This document shows positions 56,616 through 64,000 of a stretch of DNA of 64,000 bases, in pieces. The stretch's first letter is position 1, and every line of letters begins with the position of its first letter. A program made the translations under genes and the position numbers. Under the pieces are notes generated by a model. That model worked only from the letters and a program-made list of their open reading frames with translations. It did not search any database and was not told where the DNA came from. The stretch comes from Nitrospira sp. (GTDB taxonomy: Bacteria > Nitrospirota > Thermodesulfovibrionia > UBA6902), in the NCBI GenBank assembly GCA_016784355.1, contig JADHUV010000003.1, forward strand, positions 3,935 through 67,934, written 5' to 3'.

Positions 56616-58313
56616 TCATCTCCTTTGTTTAAGTAGTGCATGATATTCGGCCTGCAGCTGTTTAAGTAATTCTGTATCCCCATTTTTTTCAGCAGTCTTT
56701 AATTTTATTTGCATCTGCTGTTCCATCAGTTTAAGCCGGTTCTCAATGATCCTTTTAATGCAGTCATCCAGAGCTTTTTCTGAGGCAGGTACTCCATCCT
56801 CAAAGGAGATAGCGGTGAGAAATTCCCTCGCCTCGCTCTGCAGGCCTTCAAGGAGTTCATCCAGTTTGCGGATACCACTTTTGATCTTTGAAAATACTGC
56901 TGTGATTACCGGGTCAGTGAAGTCCTCTTCTGATAACTGTCCGCTGACTTCTAATGCCCTTTCAGGCATTTGCAGCATCAGTCGAATCATGAATACCTCA
57001 TTGACCGGCCTCTGGACAGGCTCTCTGCGCCAGGATTCCTGCTGCTGATCTCGTGGTTTCTCCGGGCGGTTTCTGATTTTTTTCAACTCTTCTCTGACGA
57101 AGGATTCATTAATATGCATCTCTTCCGCCAGGGTCCTGACATATTCTCCGAGCAGTACCTTGTCCGGCACCTTTGCAATAGTCTCAAGTGTCTCTCTTGC
57201 GAGTTTTCTCCGATCTCCTTTCTGACGCATAAAAAACTCGACAATGTCCAGGGGATGGGCAAGTAGTTGCTGAAAAGCGGCCTCTCCCTTTTGCCTGAGA
57301 AAACTGTCAGGATCATCGTTTTCAGGCATGGTAAGAATTTTTACATTTATCGAGCATTCCAGCAATATACCCGCAGTCTTCTTCGCAGCATTTATCCCGG
57401 CTGTATCACTGTCAAAGACCAGTACTGCATCTTCGGTAAAGCGCTTTGCGAGTTTACCGTGATCAGGGGTGACAGCAGTGCCTAGCGGTGCTACTGCATT
57501 TGGAAAGCCGTGCTGATGAGCTGAAATGACATCAAGATAGCCCTCCATAAACATAAGAAATCCGCTCTTTGAGGTAGACTCCCTTGCGAAATTCAGTCCG
57601 TACAGGACTCTGCTCTTATGAAAGACCGGGGTCTCGGGAGAGTTTATGTATTTAGGTTCGGAGCCGTCAGTGGAGCGGCCTCCGAAGGCAATTACATCAC
57701 CTTTCAGATCAAATATTGGAAACATGATTCTGTCTCGAAAGGTATCATATGTGCCTTTCTGTCCCTGAGTCACAAGTCCAGCCTTCTGCATAAGTGCAGG
57801 GTGGTGGCCTTTCTGACGAAGGTAATTCATAAGGGCGTTCCATGATTTCATGGCATATCCAAGAGAAAACTGCTTTTGAGTATCCTGGGTGATACCTCGA
57901 TTGTTCAGGTAGCTTTGTGCCTCTGTATTTTTACTCAGACACTGAGAAAAAAAATGCATGGCATCCCGATTGATGGTCAGCAGACTGTCTTTTTCGCCAG
58001 CGGTGCGTGATGCCTGCGGGGAGGCTTTAAGCTCTACCCCGGCTTTTTTTGCAAGTATTTTCAGTGTCTCAGGGAAGGTTATATTTTCATATTTCAGTAT
58101 AAAAGTGAAGATGTCACCACCGCTGTTGCAGCCGAAGCAGTGAAATATCTGCTTGGCCGGGCTTACCATGAAAGAGGGAGTCTTTTCAGTATGAAAGGGA
58201 CAGTGCCCTTTCCAGTTTTGACCGGACTTTTTCAGCTGTACATAGTCAGACACGACATCTACTATGTCCAGTCTGTCTTTTATCTCTTGCAGTGTGCTGT
58301 CGTAGGAAGGCAT
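56616..58313 (-). CDS. dnaG: DNA primase
   Basis: N-terminal CHC2 zinc finger (GHCPFHTEKTPSF ... CFGC), TOPRIM domain (EGYLDV ... DSD) and C-terminal helical domain. Confidence 0.9.
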   Translation of the reverse strand: MPSYDSTLQEIKDRLDIVDVVSDYVQLKKSGQNWKGHCPFHTEKTPSFMVSPAKQIFHCFGCNSGGDIFTFILKYENITFPETLKILAKKAGVELKASPQASRTAGEKDSLLTINRDAMHFFSQCLSKNTEAQSYLNNRGITQDTQKQFSLGYAMKSWNALMNYLRQKGHHPALMQKAGLVTQGQKGTYDTFRDRIMFPIFDLKGDVIAFGGRSTDGSEPKYINSPETPVFHKSRVLYGLNFARESTSKSGFLMFMEGYLDVISAHQHGFPNAVAPLGTAVTPDHGKLAKRFTEDAVLVFDSDTAGINAAKKTAGILLECSINVKILTMPENDDPDSFLRQKGEAAFQQLLAHPLDIVEFFMRQKGDRRKLARETLETIAKVPDKVLLGEYVRTLAEEMHINESFVREELKKIRNRPEKPRDQQQESWRREPVQRPVNEVFMIRLMLQMPERALEVSGQLSEEDFTDPVITAVFSKIKSGIRKLDELLEGLQSEAREFLTAISFEDGVPASEKALDDCIKRIIENRLKLMEQQMQIKLKTAEKNGDTELLKQLQAEYHALLKQRR

Positions 58314-58398
58314 ATCTATTTGCCGGGTGAAAAATCTGCCGGACCTCTCATCTTGAACGGTCCGGCAGTTATGCAGTTAGTAATGAGTTCAGGAGAAT

Positions 58399-59370
58399 TT
58401 ACTTTCCTGATTTATCGATTCTGGAATGTCTGAAAAAACCGGAGCACTCCAGTACCTTGAGCTTGTTCTTTTTCATCAATTCATCAAACATCAGGTTGAT
58501 CCCGAGATTATCACTTGCTATATGACCGGCAATGATCACATTGATATGATTTTTCTCGGCTACTTTACGGTGATCATCACCCATATGCATACCGATGATC
58601 GTACCTATTCCGGCATTCGCCATATTTTTGTATATATCTACAGCGCCTGAAGTGCCGCCGGTCATATCTACAAATACCTTGCCGCTGCTGCGTTCTTTTG
58701 CTCCGAGAAATATCTTGGGCCCCGCATTGATCATAGCAGCTTCCCGGTATTCTGGAATTCCCTTAAGCAACTCTATGATTTCACCGACTGTTTCCGGCTT
58801 TTTCTTATCTATAAGTGTCTGAAGATAAGTTGTTACCATATTATCAGTTGGAGTGTGCATGCACATAAAGGGGATATTGAGAAGTCTTGCCGCATCGCTT
58901 GCCCTGGTGTGGTTTGCGGGCATTACCCTTCTTTCGACTTCTTTCATTCTGGCATCTATAAGGCTTTCTGCAATATTGATTGGCACGCCGAATTTATTAT
59001 GTATCTCGGCCTGCATATACATTACGTCCTGAAAGCTGGCAAAGGCCTTACCCTCCGGGTGGTGCGAGATGACCAGGTCAATTTTTTCACCCTTTTCAGT
59101 TAGACGGTCTGCAAGCAGTATTTCTCCTACCTCCATGTCTATACCCATGAGGATGCTTTTGATCTCTTCATTGCCGGTTCCATGAAGAATCCTGGTATCT
59201 GCATATGGATTGGTCAGGCTCTCCTGGTCAAAAAATGGCAGGTCCTCCTTTTTTATATCTTTAAATGCTTTTTTCTTTTTTTCTAGCGTCTTTAATACTG
59301 ACTTTTCACCCCGGGGGTCTGCTTTTATGCCCAGGTCAACAACGGTTTCATATAATTTTTTGAGCTTCAC
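58399..59370 (-). CDS. Nif3-family dinuclear-metal protein (GTP cyclohydrolase 1 type 2 homologue) with N-terminal extension
   Basis: IDLVISHHPEG and NVIIAGHIASD segments match the Nif3 metal-binding His motifs. Similarity judged by eye only. Confidence 0.5.
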   Translation of the reverse strand: MKLKKLYETVVDLGIKADPRGEKSVLKTLEKKKKAFKDIKKEDLPFFDQESLTNPYADTRILHGTGNEEIKSILMGIDMEVGEILLADRLTEKGEKIDLVISHHPEGKAFASFQDVMYMQAEIHNKFGVPINIAESLIDARMKEVERRVMPANHTRASDAARLLNIPFMCMHTPTDNMVTTYLQTLIDKKKPETVGEIIELLKGIPEYREAAMINAGPKIFLGAKERSSGKVFVDMTGGTSGAVDIYKNMANAGIGTIIGMHMGDDHRKVAEKNHINVIIAGHIASDNLGINLMFDELMKKNKLKVLECSGFFRHSRIDKSGK

Positions 59371-59816
59371 CTTGCCTCCAGTATCTGTTTTACAATAGTA
59401 TTTACGAGTTTACCGTCCGCCTGTCCCTTCAGTCTTGTCATGGCTTCTCTCATGACCTTACCCATATCTGCCGGTCCTGTTGCTCCAAGTGCGTCGGCTG
59501 CTTCCCTCACTGCATTTATGATATCGTCTTCTGAGAGCTGTGAAGGCAGGTAGCCTGTTATGATTGCCAGTTCAGCCTTCTCTTTATCCGCCAGATCAGT
59601 CCTGCCAGCCGTAGAAAATTGATTAATTGAGTCTTTTGCGCGTTTTTGGAAGGAGCGAAGAATCTTAAGTGTATCGTCATCCGATGCTTTCTCCCTGCTC
59701 TCAATCTCAATATTTTTCAGAGCAGAGATTATCATCCGGAGTATCGATAATTTTTCCTTATCGCCGGACTTCATAGCATTTTTCAGATCGTTCGATAATT
59801 TATCGGAAATAGACAT
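59367..59816 (-). CDS. GatB/YqeY domain protein
   Basis: 149 aa YqeY-like helical protein. Confidence 0.7.
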   Translation of the reverse strand: MSISDKLSNDLKNAMKSGDKEKLSILRMIISALKNIEIESREKASDDDTLKILRSFQKRAKDSINQFSTAGRTDLADKEKAELAIITGYLPSQLSEDDIINAVREAADALGATGPADMGKVMREAMTRLKGQADGKLVNTIVKQILEAR

Positions 59817-60029
59817 GGTTACCTCAGTAATAGTTTCTGTATTTATGCAGGTATTATGCGTAAACAGTACGGATAATATAACGCTTGAGAGCTTTATTAA
59901 TCAAATAAGCAGATTAATCCTGGGGGCTGAGTTCAATACTGGCTTAAGGATCTGCGCTCCCCCATGGTAATAAAAACTCTCATTATGGATATGTGAAACG
60001 GCATGAATAATGACAAGTCGGTGTAAGCT

Positions 60030-60398
60030 CTAAAGCGGCTGGTTAAGGCGTTTCAGTATCTTATTATTTGAGTCCACCTGAAAGGTGATCGGTGCGAAAT
60101 TAGCGATTTCCGCCTCATTGTAATAGGCATAGGAAAATATAATAATGACATCACCTGTCAAGCCCTTTCTGGCGGTTGCGCCATTCAGGCAGATCTGTCC
60201 GGAGTCTCTTTCCCCCGGGATGACATAAGTTTCAAAGCGCTCACCGTTATTGAGGTTGCTGATGCGTACCTGCTCATAGGGCAGGATTCCAGTGGCATCA
60301 AGCAATGCCTGATCAATTGTGATACTTCCTTCATATGAGATATTTGAATCTGTTACAGTGGCCATATGTATCTTGGCCCTTAACATGCATCTGAGCAT
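60030..60398 (-). CDS. panD: Aspartate 1-decarboxylase proenzyme
   Basis: MLRCMLRAKIH ... YEGS (self-processing Gly-Ser site) ... full PanD similarity. Start at internal Met with AAGGAG SD; track ORF has a 5' extension. Confidence 0.9.
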   Translation of the reverse strand: MLRCMLRAKIHMATVTDSNISYEGSITIDQALLDATGILPYEQVRISNLNNGERFETYVIPGERDSGQICLNGATARKGLTGDVIIIFSYAYYNEAEIANFAPITFQVDSNNKILKRLNQPL

Positions 60399-60526
60399 TT
60401 TACACTCCTTTGAGTTTATTCTTGATTCAACATTAACAGGTTCTTCACGCAATGATCAAGTGATATCATTGTATGCGAACCTTTTATATAATAAAATACC
60501 TGTTAATGGAAGGTAACTAGATGATA

Positions 60527-60799
60527 TTATTCAATAATCTTTGGAACGCAATAGAGCCCGTCCTGCTCTTCGGGAGCATTTTGCAGGGCTATTTCTCTTG
60601 GTAAAGACGGCTTGAGTTCATCTTCCCTGAATACATTAGAAACCGGCAGTATGTGGGCAGTTGGCTCAATACTGCCGGTATCAAGTTCATTAAGCTTGTC
60701 AATGTAAGTAATAACATTTTCGACCTGGCTGGAAAACAGGATCTTTTCAGAATCTGTAAGCTCCAGACGCGCCAGTAATGCCAGGTGGTCAATATTCAC
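60527..60799 (-). CDS. gatC: Asp-tRNA(Asn)/Glu-tRNA(Gln) amidotransferase subunit C
   Basis: 90 aa. LARLELTDSE ... GatC pattern. Confidence 0.8.
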   Translation of the reverse strand: MNIDHLALLARLELTDSEKILFSSQVENVITYIDKLNELDTGSIEPTAHILPVSNVFREDELKPSLPREIALQNAPEEQDGLYCVPKIIE

Positions 60800-62907
60800 T
60801 AGATTTTTTCCAGATTTGCATATTTCAGCGAGAGTTTCTTAATCCCTACAACTGGAAAGTTTACCATGACCTTTACATCATCAGTCTCACCATAGGTGTC
60901 TCTTACAACGCCGATGCCCCATTTCGGGTGTTTTACCCTGACACCTGTGGCATAAGTTGCTGATCCCATTGCACTTGCCGGTACTTTTATCCTGGGGGCC
61001 GAGATTGCGTCTGCCCTTGGTCTTTTCTCAACAACTTTATAGCTTTCTGTCGGGATATCAGCCAGAAAACGTGATGGCTGCTGGTCTTGTACGGAGGCGT
61101 ATAACTGCCTTCTCTTTGCACCGGACAGCATTAGCATATCCTGAGCCCTAGTGATGCCAACATAGAAGAGGCGTCTTTCCTCATCCAGCTCTGCCTTGTC
61201 CTTTATGGCATGAAAGTGCGGCATAAGGCCGTCCTCAATACCAGCTATGAATACTACCGGAAACTCAAGTCCCTTGGCGCTATGCAGTGTCATCATTGTT
61301 ATGGAGGATTCGGCTTGCTGAGTGTCAAGTCCCCTGTATAATGATGATCTATCCAGAAAACTCCGAAGATCCTGGCCCTCAGCAGCATTTATGAGTTCCA
61401 TAAGATTATCGTTCTTGTCTTCCCCCGCATACTCCAGGTATCCGGTTTTATCATAGATTGCTTTTATCAATTCACCCGCATCCATTTTTCTGGATTTTAT
61501 GAGTCCATTCATGAGGGTTATGAATTTACCCATTTTATCTTTGATTGAGGCTGAAAAACCGTTATTTTTCATTATGCTTTTCATTGCATTGAATAATGAG
61601 GTTTCCTTCTTTTTTGCCTCGTTTTCAATCTTAGTCATTGTGGCCGCACCGATTTGCCTTGGGGGGCAATTGATGATCCGTTTGAGGCTTATAGTATCAT
61701 CCGGATTTGCTACTACCTTCATATAGGAAATTATGTCCTTAATCTCTTTTCTCTTATAAAAACTGATCCCGCCAAACATGTGGTAAGGCTGCCCGTTTTC
61801 CTTAAGAGATTCCTCAATCACCCTTGACTGCTGGGGGACTCTGTAAAGTATGGCAATATCTTTGAAGGTATATTTACCTTTCTGGTACAGTTCCTTGATC
61901 GACTGGGAAATGAAACGGGCCTCTTCTTTTTCATTTAGTGTTGAACAGTAGCAGACCTTATCGCCCTTGATCCTGTCTGACCAGAGCTTTTTGGGAATCC
62001 TGTCTTTGCTTACGTTGATGACCCCGGTTGCAACATTGAGTATATGCTGGGTTGATCTGTAGTTTTGCTCCAGGTGGATGACTGTCGCCTTCTGAAAGTC
62101 ATTCTTGAAATTATGAATATTACGTATCTCGGAACCTTTAAACTTGTATATGCTCTGGTCGTCATCACCGGCTACGCAGATATTATTATGCTTTGAGGCC
62201 AGTAACTGGGCCAGTCGATACTGTGACGGATTAGTGTCCTGAAACTCATCTACCAATATATGCTCGAATTCTTTCTGGTATTTACTTAGAATCTTTGGGT
62301 GGTCCTCATACAGCTTTACTGTAAGCCTTGTAAGGTCATCGAAATCAAGCGCATTGTTTTGTTTGAGGGCATCGCTGTATCTAACATAAACTTTTGCAAA
62401 TTTTTCATCAAAACCGTAACTGTCCTCGTTTGCAAGAAGTTCTTCAGGCGTTATAAGCGAAGCCTTCAGTGTTGAAATCTTTGAGAGTATTCCCTTGTAA
62501 AGGGCCTCATGTATCTTCAGTTCCTTCAGCATGGACCTTACCAGATGCCCGGAGTCTTCTTCGTCGTATATGCAGAAGTCATTACTGTATCCCAGTTTGT
62601 TAATTTCTTTTCTGAGGATACGAGTTGATAAAGAAGGAAATGTTCCGATCCAGAGTCCCTTTGTGCTCTTGCCGGTCAAGTTTTCAATCTGTTCTTTCAT
62701 CTCTTTGGCAGCCTTATTTGTAAAGGCCATAGTCAATATGGAAGCAGGTTGTACTTTTTGCAGTTCAGATAGATTAGCAAATCTGTGCGCGAGAACCCTC
62801 GTCTTTCCGCTTCCTGCTCCTGCTAGAACGAGAAGAGGTCCTGTCGTATGCAAGACGGCATCTTTCTGCTGGGAATTGAGTCCGCTTAATAATGATTGCT
62901 TGGTCAT
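60799..62907 (-). CDS. ATP-dependent DNA helicase, UvrD/PcrA (superfamily 1)
   Basis: GAGSGKT Walker A, DEFQDTN Walker B and conserved SF1 helicase motifs; 701 aa. Confidence 0.9.
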   Translation of the reverse strand: MTKQSLLSGLNSQQKDAVLHTTGPLLVLAGAGSGKTRVLAHRFANLSELQKVQPASILTMAFTNKAAKEMKEQIENLTGKSTKGLWIGTFPSLSTRILRKEINKLGYSNDFCIYDEEDSGHLVRSMLKELKIHEALYKGILSKISTLKASLITPEELLANEDSYGFDEKFAKVYVRYSDALKQNNALDFDDLTRLTVKLYEDHPKILSKYQKEFEHILVDEFQDTNPSQYRLAQLLASKHNNICVAGDDDQSIYKFKGSEIRNIHNFKNDFQKATVIHLEQNYRSTQHILNVATGVINVSKDRIPKKLWSDRIKGDKVCYCSTLNEKEEARFISQSIKELYQKGKYTFKDIAILYRVPQQSRVIEESLKENGQPYHMFGGISFYKRKEIKDIISYMKVVANPDDTISLKRIINCPPRQIGAATMTKIENEAKKKETSLFNAMKSIMKNNGFSASIKDKMGKFITLMNGLIKSRKMDAGELIKAIYDKTGYLEYAGEDKNDNLMELINAAEGQDLRSFLDRSSLYRGLDTQQAESSITMMTLHSAKGLEFPVVFIAGIEDGLMPHFHAIKDKAELDEERRLFYVGITRAQDMLMLSGAKRRQLYASVQDQQPSRFLADIPTESYKVVEKRPRADAISAPRIKVPASAMGSATYATGVRVKHPKWGIGVVRDTYGETDDVKVMVNFPVVGIKKLSLKYANLEKI

Positions 62908-63051
62908 ATATCTCCTTGGGCTGCAGTTCAGTGTTATGCAGTGAAATGTATTTTGAAGAAAAGGTGCATCACTGTAAGCTTTTATTATAGCAGATTTTGG
63001 GCGCAGCTTCTACCCATTTATGAGGTAATTGAAATAACTTATAACGAACAG

Positions 63052-64000
63052 CTACTCTACGGTAACGCTTTTGGCCAGATTTCTGGGCTGATCTACATTG
63101 CATTTACGTAGTACCGAAATATGGTAAGCAAGCAGGTGCAGGGGGATGGAAAATATAATCGGTGTCAGATAATAGTTTGTTTTAGGAAGGTAAACTATGT
63201 GAGGTGCCCTGGCCTTAATTTTAGTGTTCCCTTCAGTTGCAATCGCTATAACCTTGCCGCCTCTGCTCTTTACCTCTTCCATGTTGGAGAGAATTTTTTC
63301 AAGCACATGGTCATCATGGGCAAGGGCTACGACGGGCATATTGCTGTCTATAAGTGCGATGGGACCGTGTTTCATCTCTCCGGCGGGATAACCTTCGGCA
63401 TGGATATATGAAATTTCCTTTAATTTAAGGGCGCCTTCCAGTGCGATGGGATAGTTTATGCCTCTGCCCAAATATAGAAAATCATTTACCTTATGAAACT
63501 TTCGTGCTATCTTCTGTATTTCTTTGTCGCAATGAAGGGCGCTCTCTATTTTTTCCGGCAGCTGAAGAAGGTCTTCAAAGAGTTCTCTGGCCTTTGCGGG
63601 TTTCATCCCGCCTCTGGCTCTGGCAACGGCGATGGAAAAAATATAGAGTGCTGAAAGCTGCGTAGTGAATGCCTTAGTTGACGCGACACCTATTTCGGGT
63701 CCCGAGTGGGTATAAAATATACTGTCAGCATCTCTTGAGGAGGTGCTTCCGACTACATTGCATATTGTAAGGGTCTTGGCCCCAAGTCTTTTTGCCTCTT
63801 TCTGGGCCGCCAGCGTATCAGCTGTCTCTCCTGACTGGGTGATAACGATCATAAGGCTGCCCTTTGGCACCAGCGGACGCCTGTAACGGAATTCAGAGGC
63901 GATATCTACTTCGCACGGTATCCTGGCCATATCTTCTATCATGTACTTGCCCACAAGGGCGGCATGCCAGGATGTACCGCAGGCTACCAGGAATATCTTA
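63052..64000 (-). CDS. glmS: Glutamine--fructose-6-phosphate aminotransferase (isomerising), C-terminal SIS domains; 5' end outside window
   Basis: Tandem SIS domains ending in the conserved ...KSVTVE. Frame continues upstream of the first Met to the window edge ([18 protein letters not shown]...). Confidence 0.9.
   Translation of the reverse strand, partial: KIFLVACGTSWHAALVGKYMIEDMARIPCEVDIASEFRYRRPLVPKGSLMIVITQSGETADTLAAQKEAKRLGAKTLTICNVVGSTSSRDADSIFYTHSGPEIGVASTKAFTTQLSALYIFSIAVARARGGMKPAKARELFEDLLQLPEKIESALHCDKEIQKIARKFHKVNDFLYLGRGINYPIALEGALKLKEISYIHAEGYPAGEMKHGPIALIDSNMPVVALAHDDHVLEKILSNMEEVKSRGGKVIAIATEGNTKIKARAPHIVYLPKTNYYLTPIIFSIPLHLLAYHISVLRKCNVDQPRNLAKSVTVE

Noticed and set aside
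1-64000. Mobile elements / prophage / integrative island
   Set aside because: XerC/D is the only recombinase and sits in a housekeeping context next to the dcw cluster. There are no transposase, integrase-tRNA junction, phage structural genes or flanking direct repeats. No tRNA or rRNA gene was recognised by eye.

Overview
This 64 kb window appears to be chromosomal DNA from a Gram-negative bacterium. Gene content and order are consistent with a Deltaproteobacteria/Nitrospirae-like lineage, but that cannot be fixed from sequence alone. Coding density is high on both strands.

Main blocks:
- 1-2150: two tandem paralogous GGDEF diguanylate cyclases. The second has a periplasmic CXXCH haem-c motif sensor.
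- 2543-3999: a frameshifted OFA-type MFS transporter, followed by a 180-bp purine-rich 8-10 bp tandem repeat array at 4098-4275.
- 4280-6188: rmlB-rmlA.
- 6325-21275: an acetate-switch-like locus: an isochorismatase-family gene, acs, a CBS-DUF294 protein, a TPR/small-membrane pair, a 15-TM SSS transporter, a DEDDh exonuclease, a cNMP-CBS-DUF294 protein, a sigma-54 response regulator, an SSS-domain-fused histidine kinase (CbrA-like) and a translationally coupled 57-codon upstream ORF. A near-consensus sigma-54 promoter sits in front of the DUF294-exonuclease unit.
- 21332-24469: an unexplained module. It holds an HTH-Zn-ribbon regulator, a hypothetical protein behind a strong sigma-70 promoter and structured leader, a 42-aa Gly/Ser/Thr lipopeptide and a 563-aa Ala/Thr/Ser-rich secreted protein. 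Two 66-bp structured repeats with compensatory base changes follow.
- 24509-33251: secG-tpiA, an AhpD-like gene and ugd. Then LPS-core genes (DUF3108, waaF-like GT9, gmhB). The gmhB catalytic N-terminus lies upstream of the first ATG and directly in frame after the stop of a LonC-type Lon-like protease. A xerC/D gene follows.
- 33427-51547: Pmra with three GTGG repeats at 10-bp spacing, then a complete 16-gene dcw cluster (mraZ to ftsZ).
- 51562-64000: a Cache-HAMP histidine kinase with a PF04392 lipoprotein partner, proS, dnaG, a Nif3-like gene, yqeY, panD, gatC, pcrA/uvrD, and a 5'-partial glmS at the window edge.

I found no rRNA, tRNA, CRISPR array or obvious transposase. CDS coordinates include stop codons, matching the supplied ORF track.
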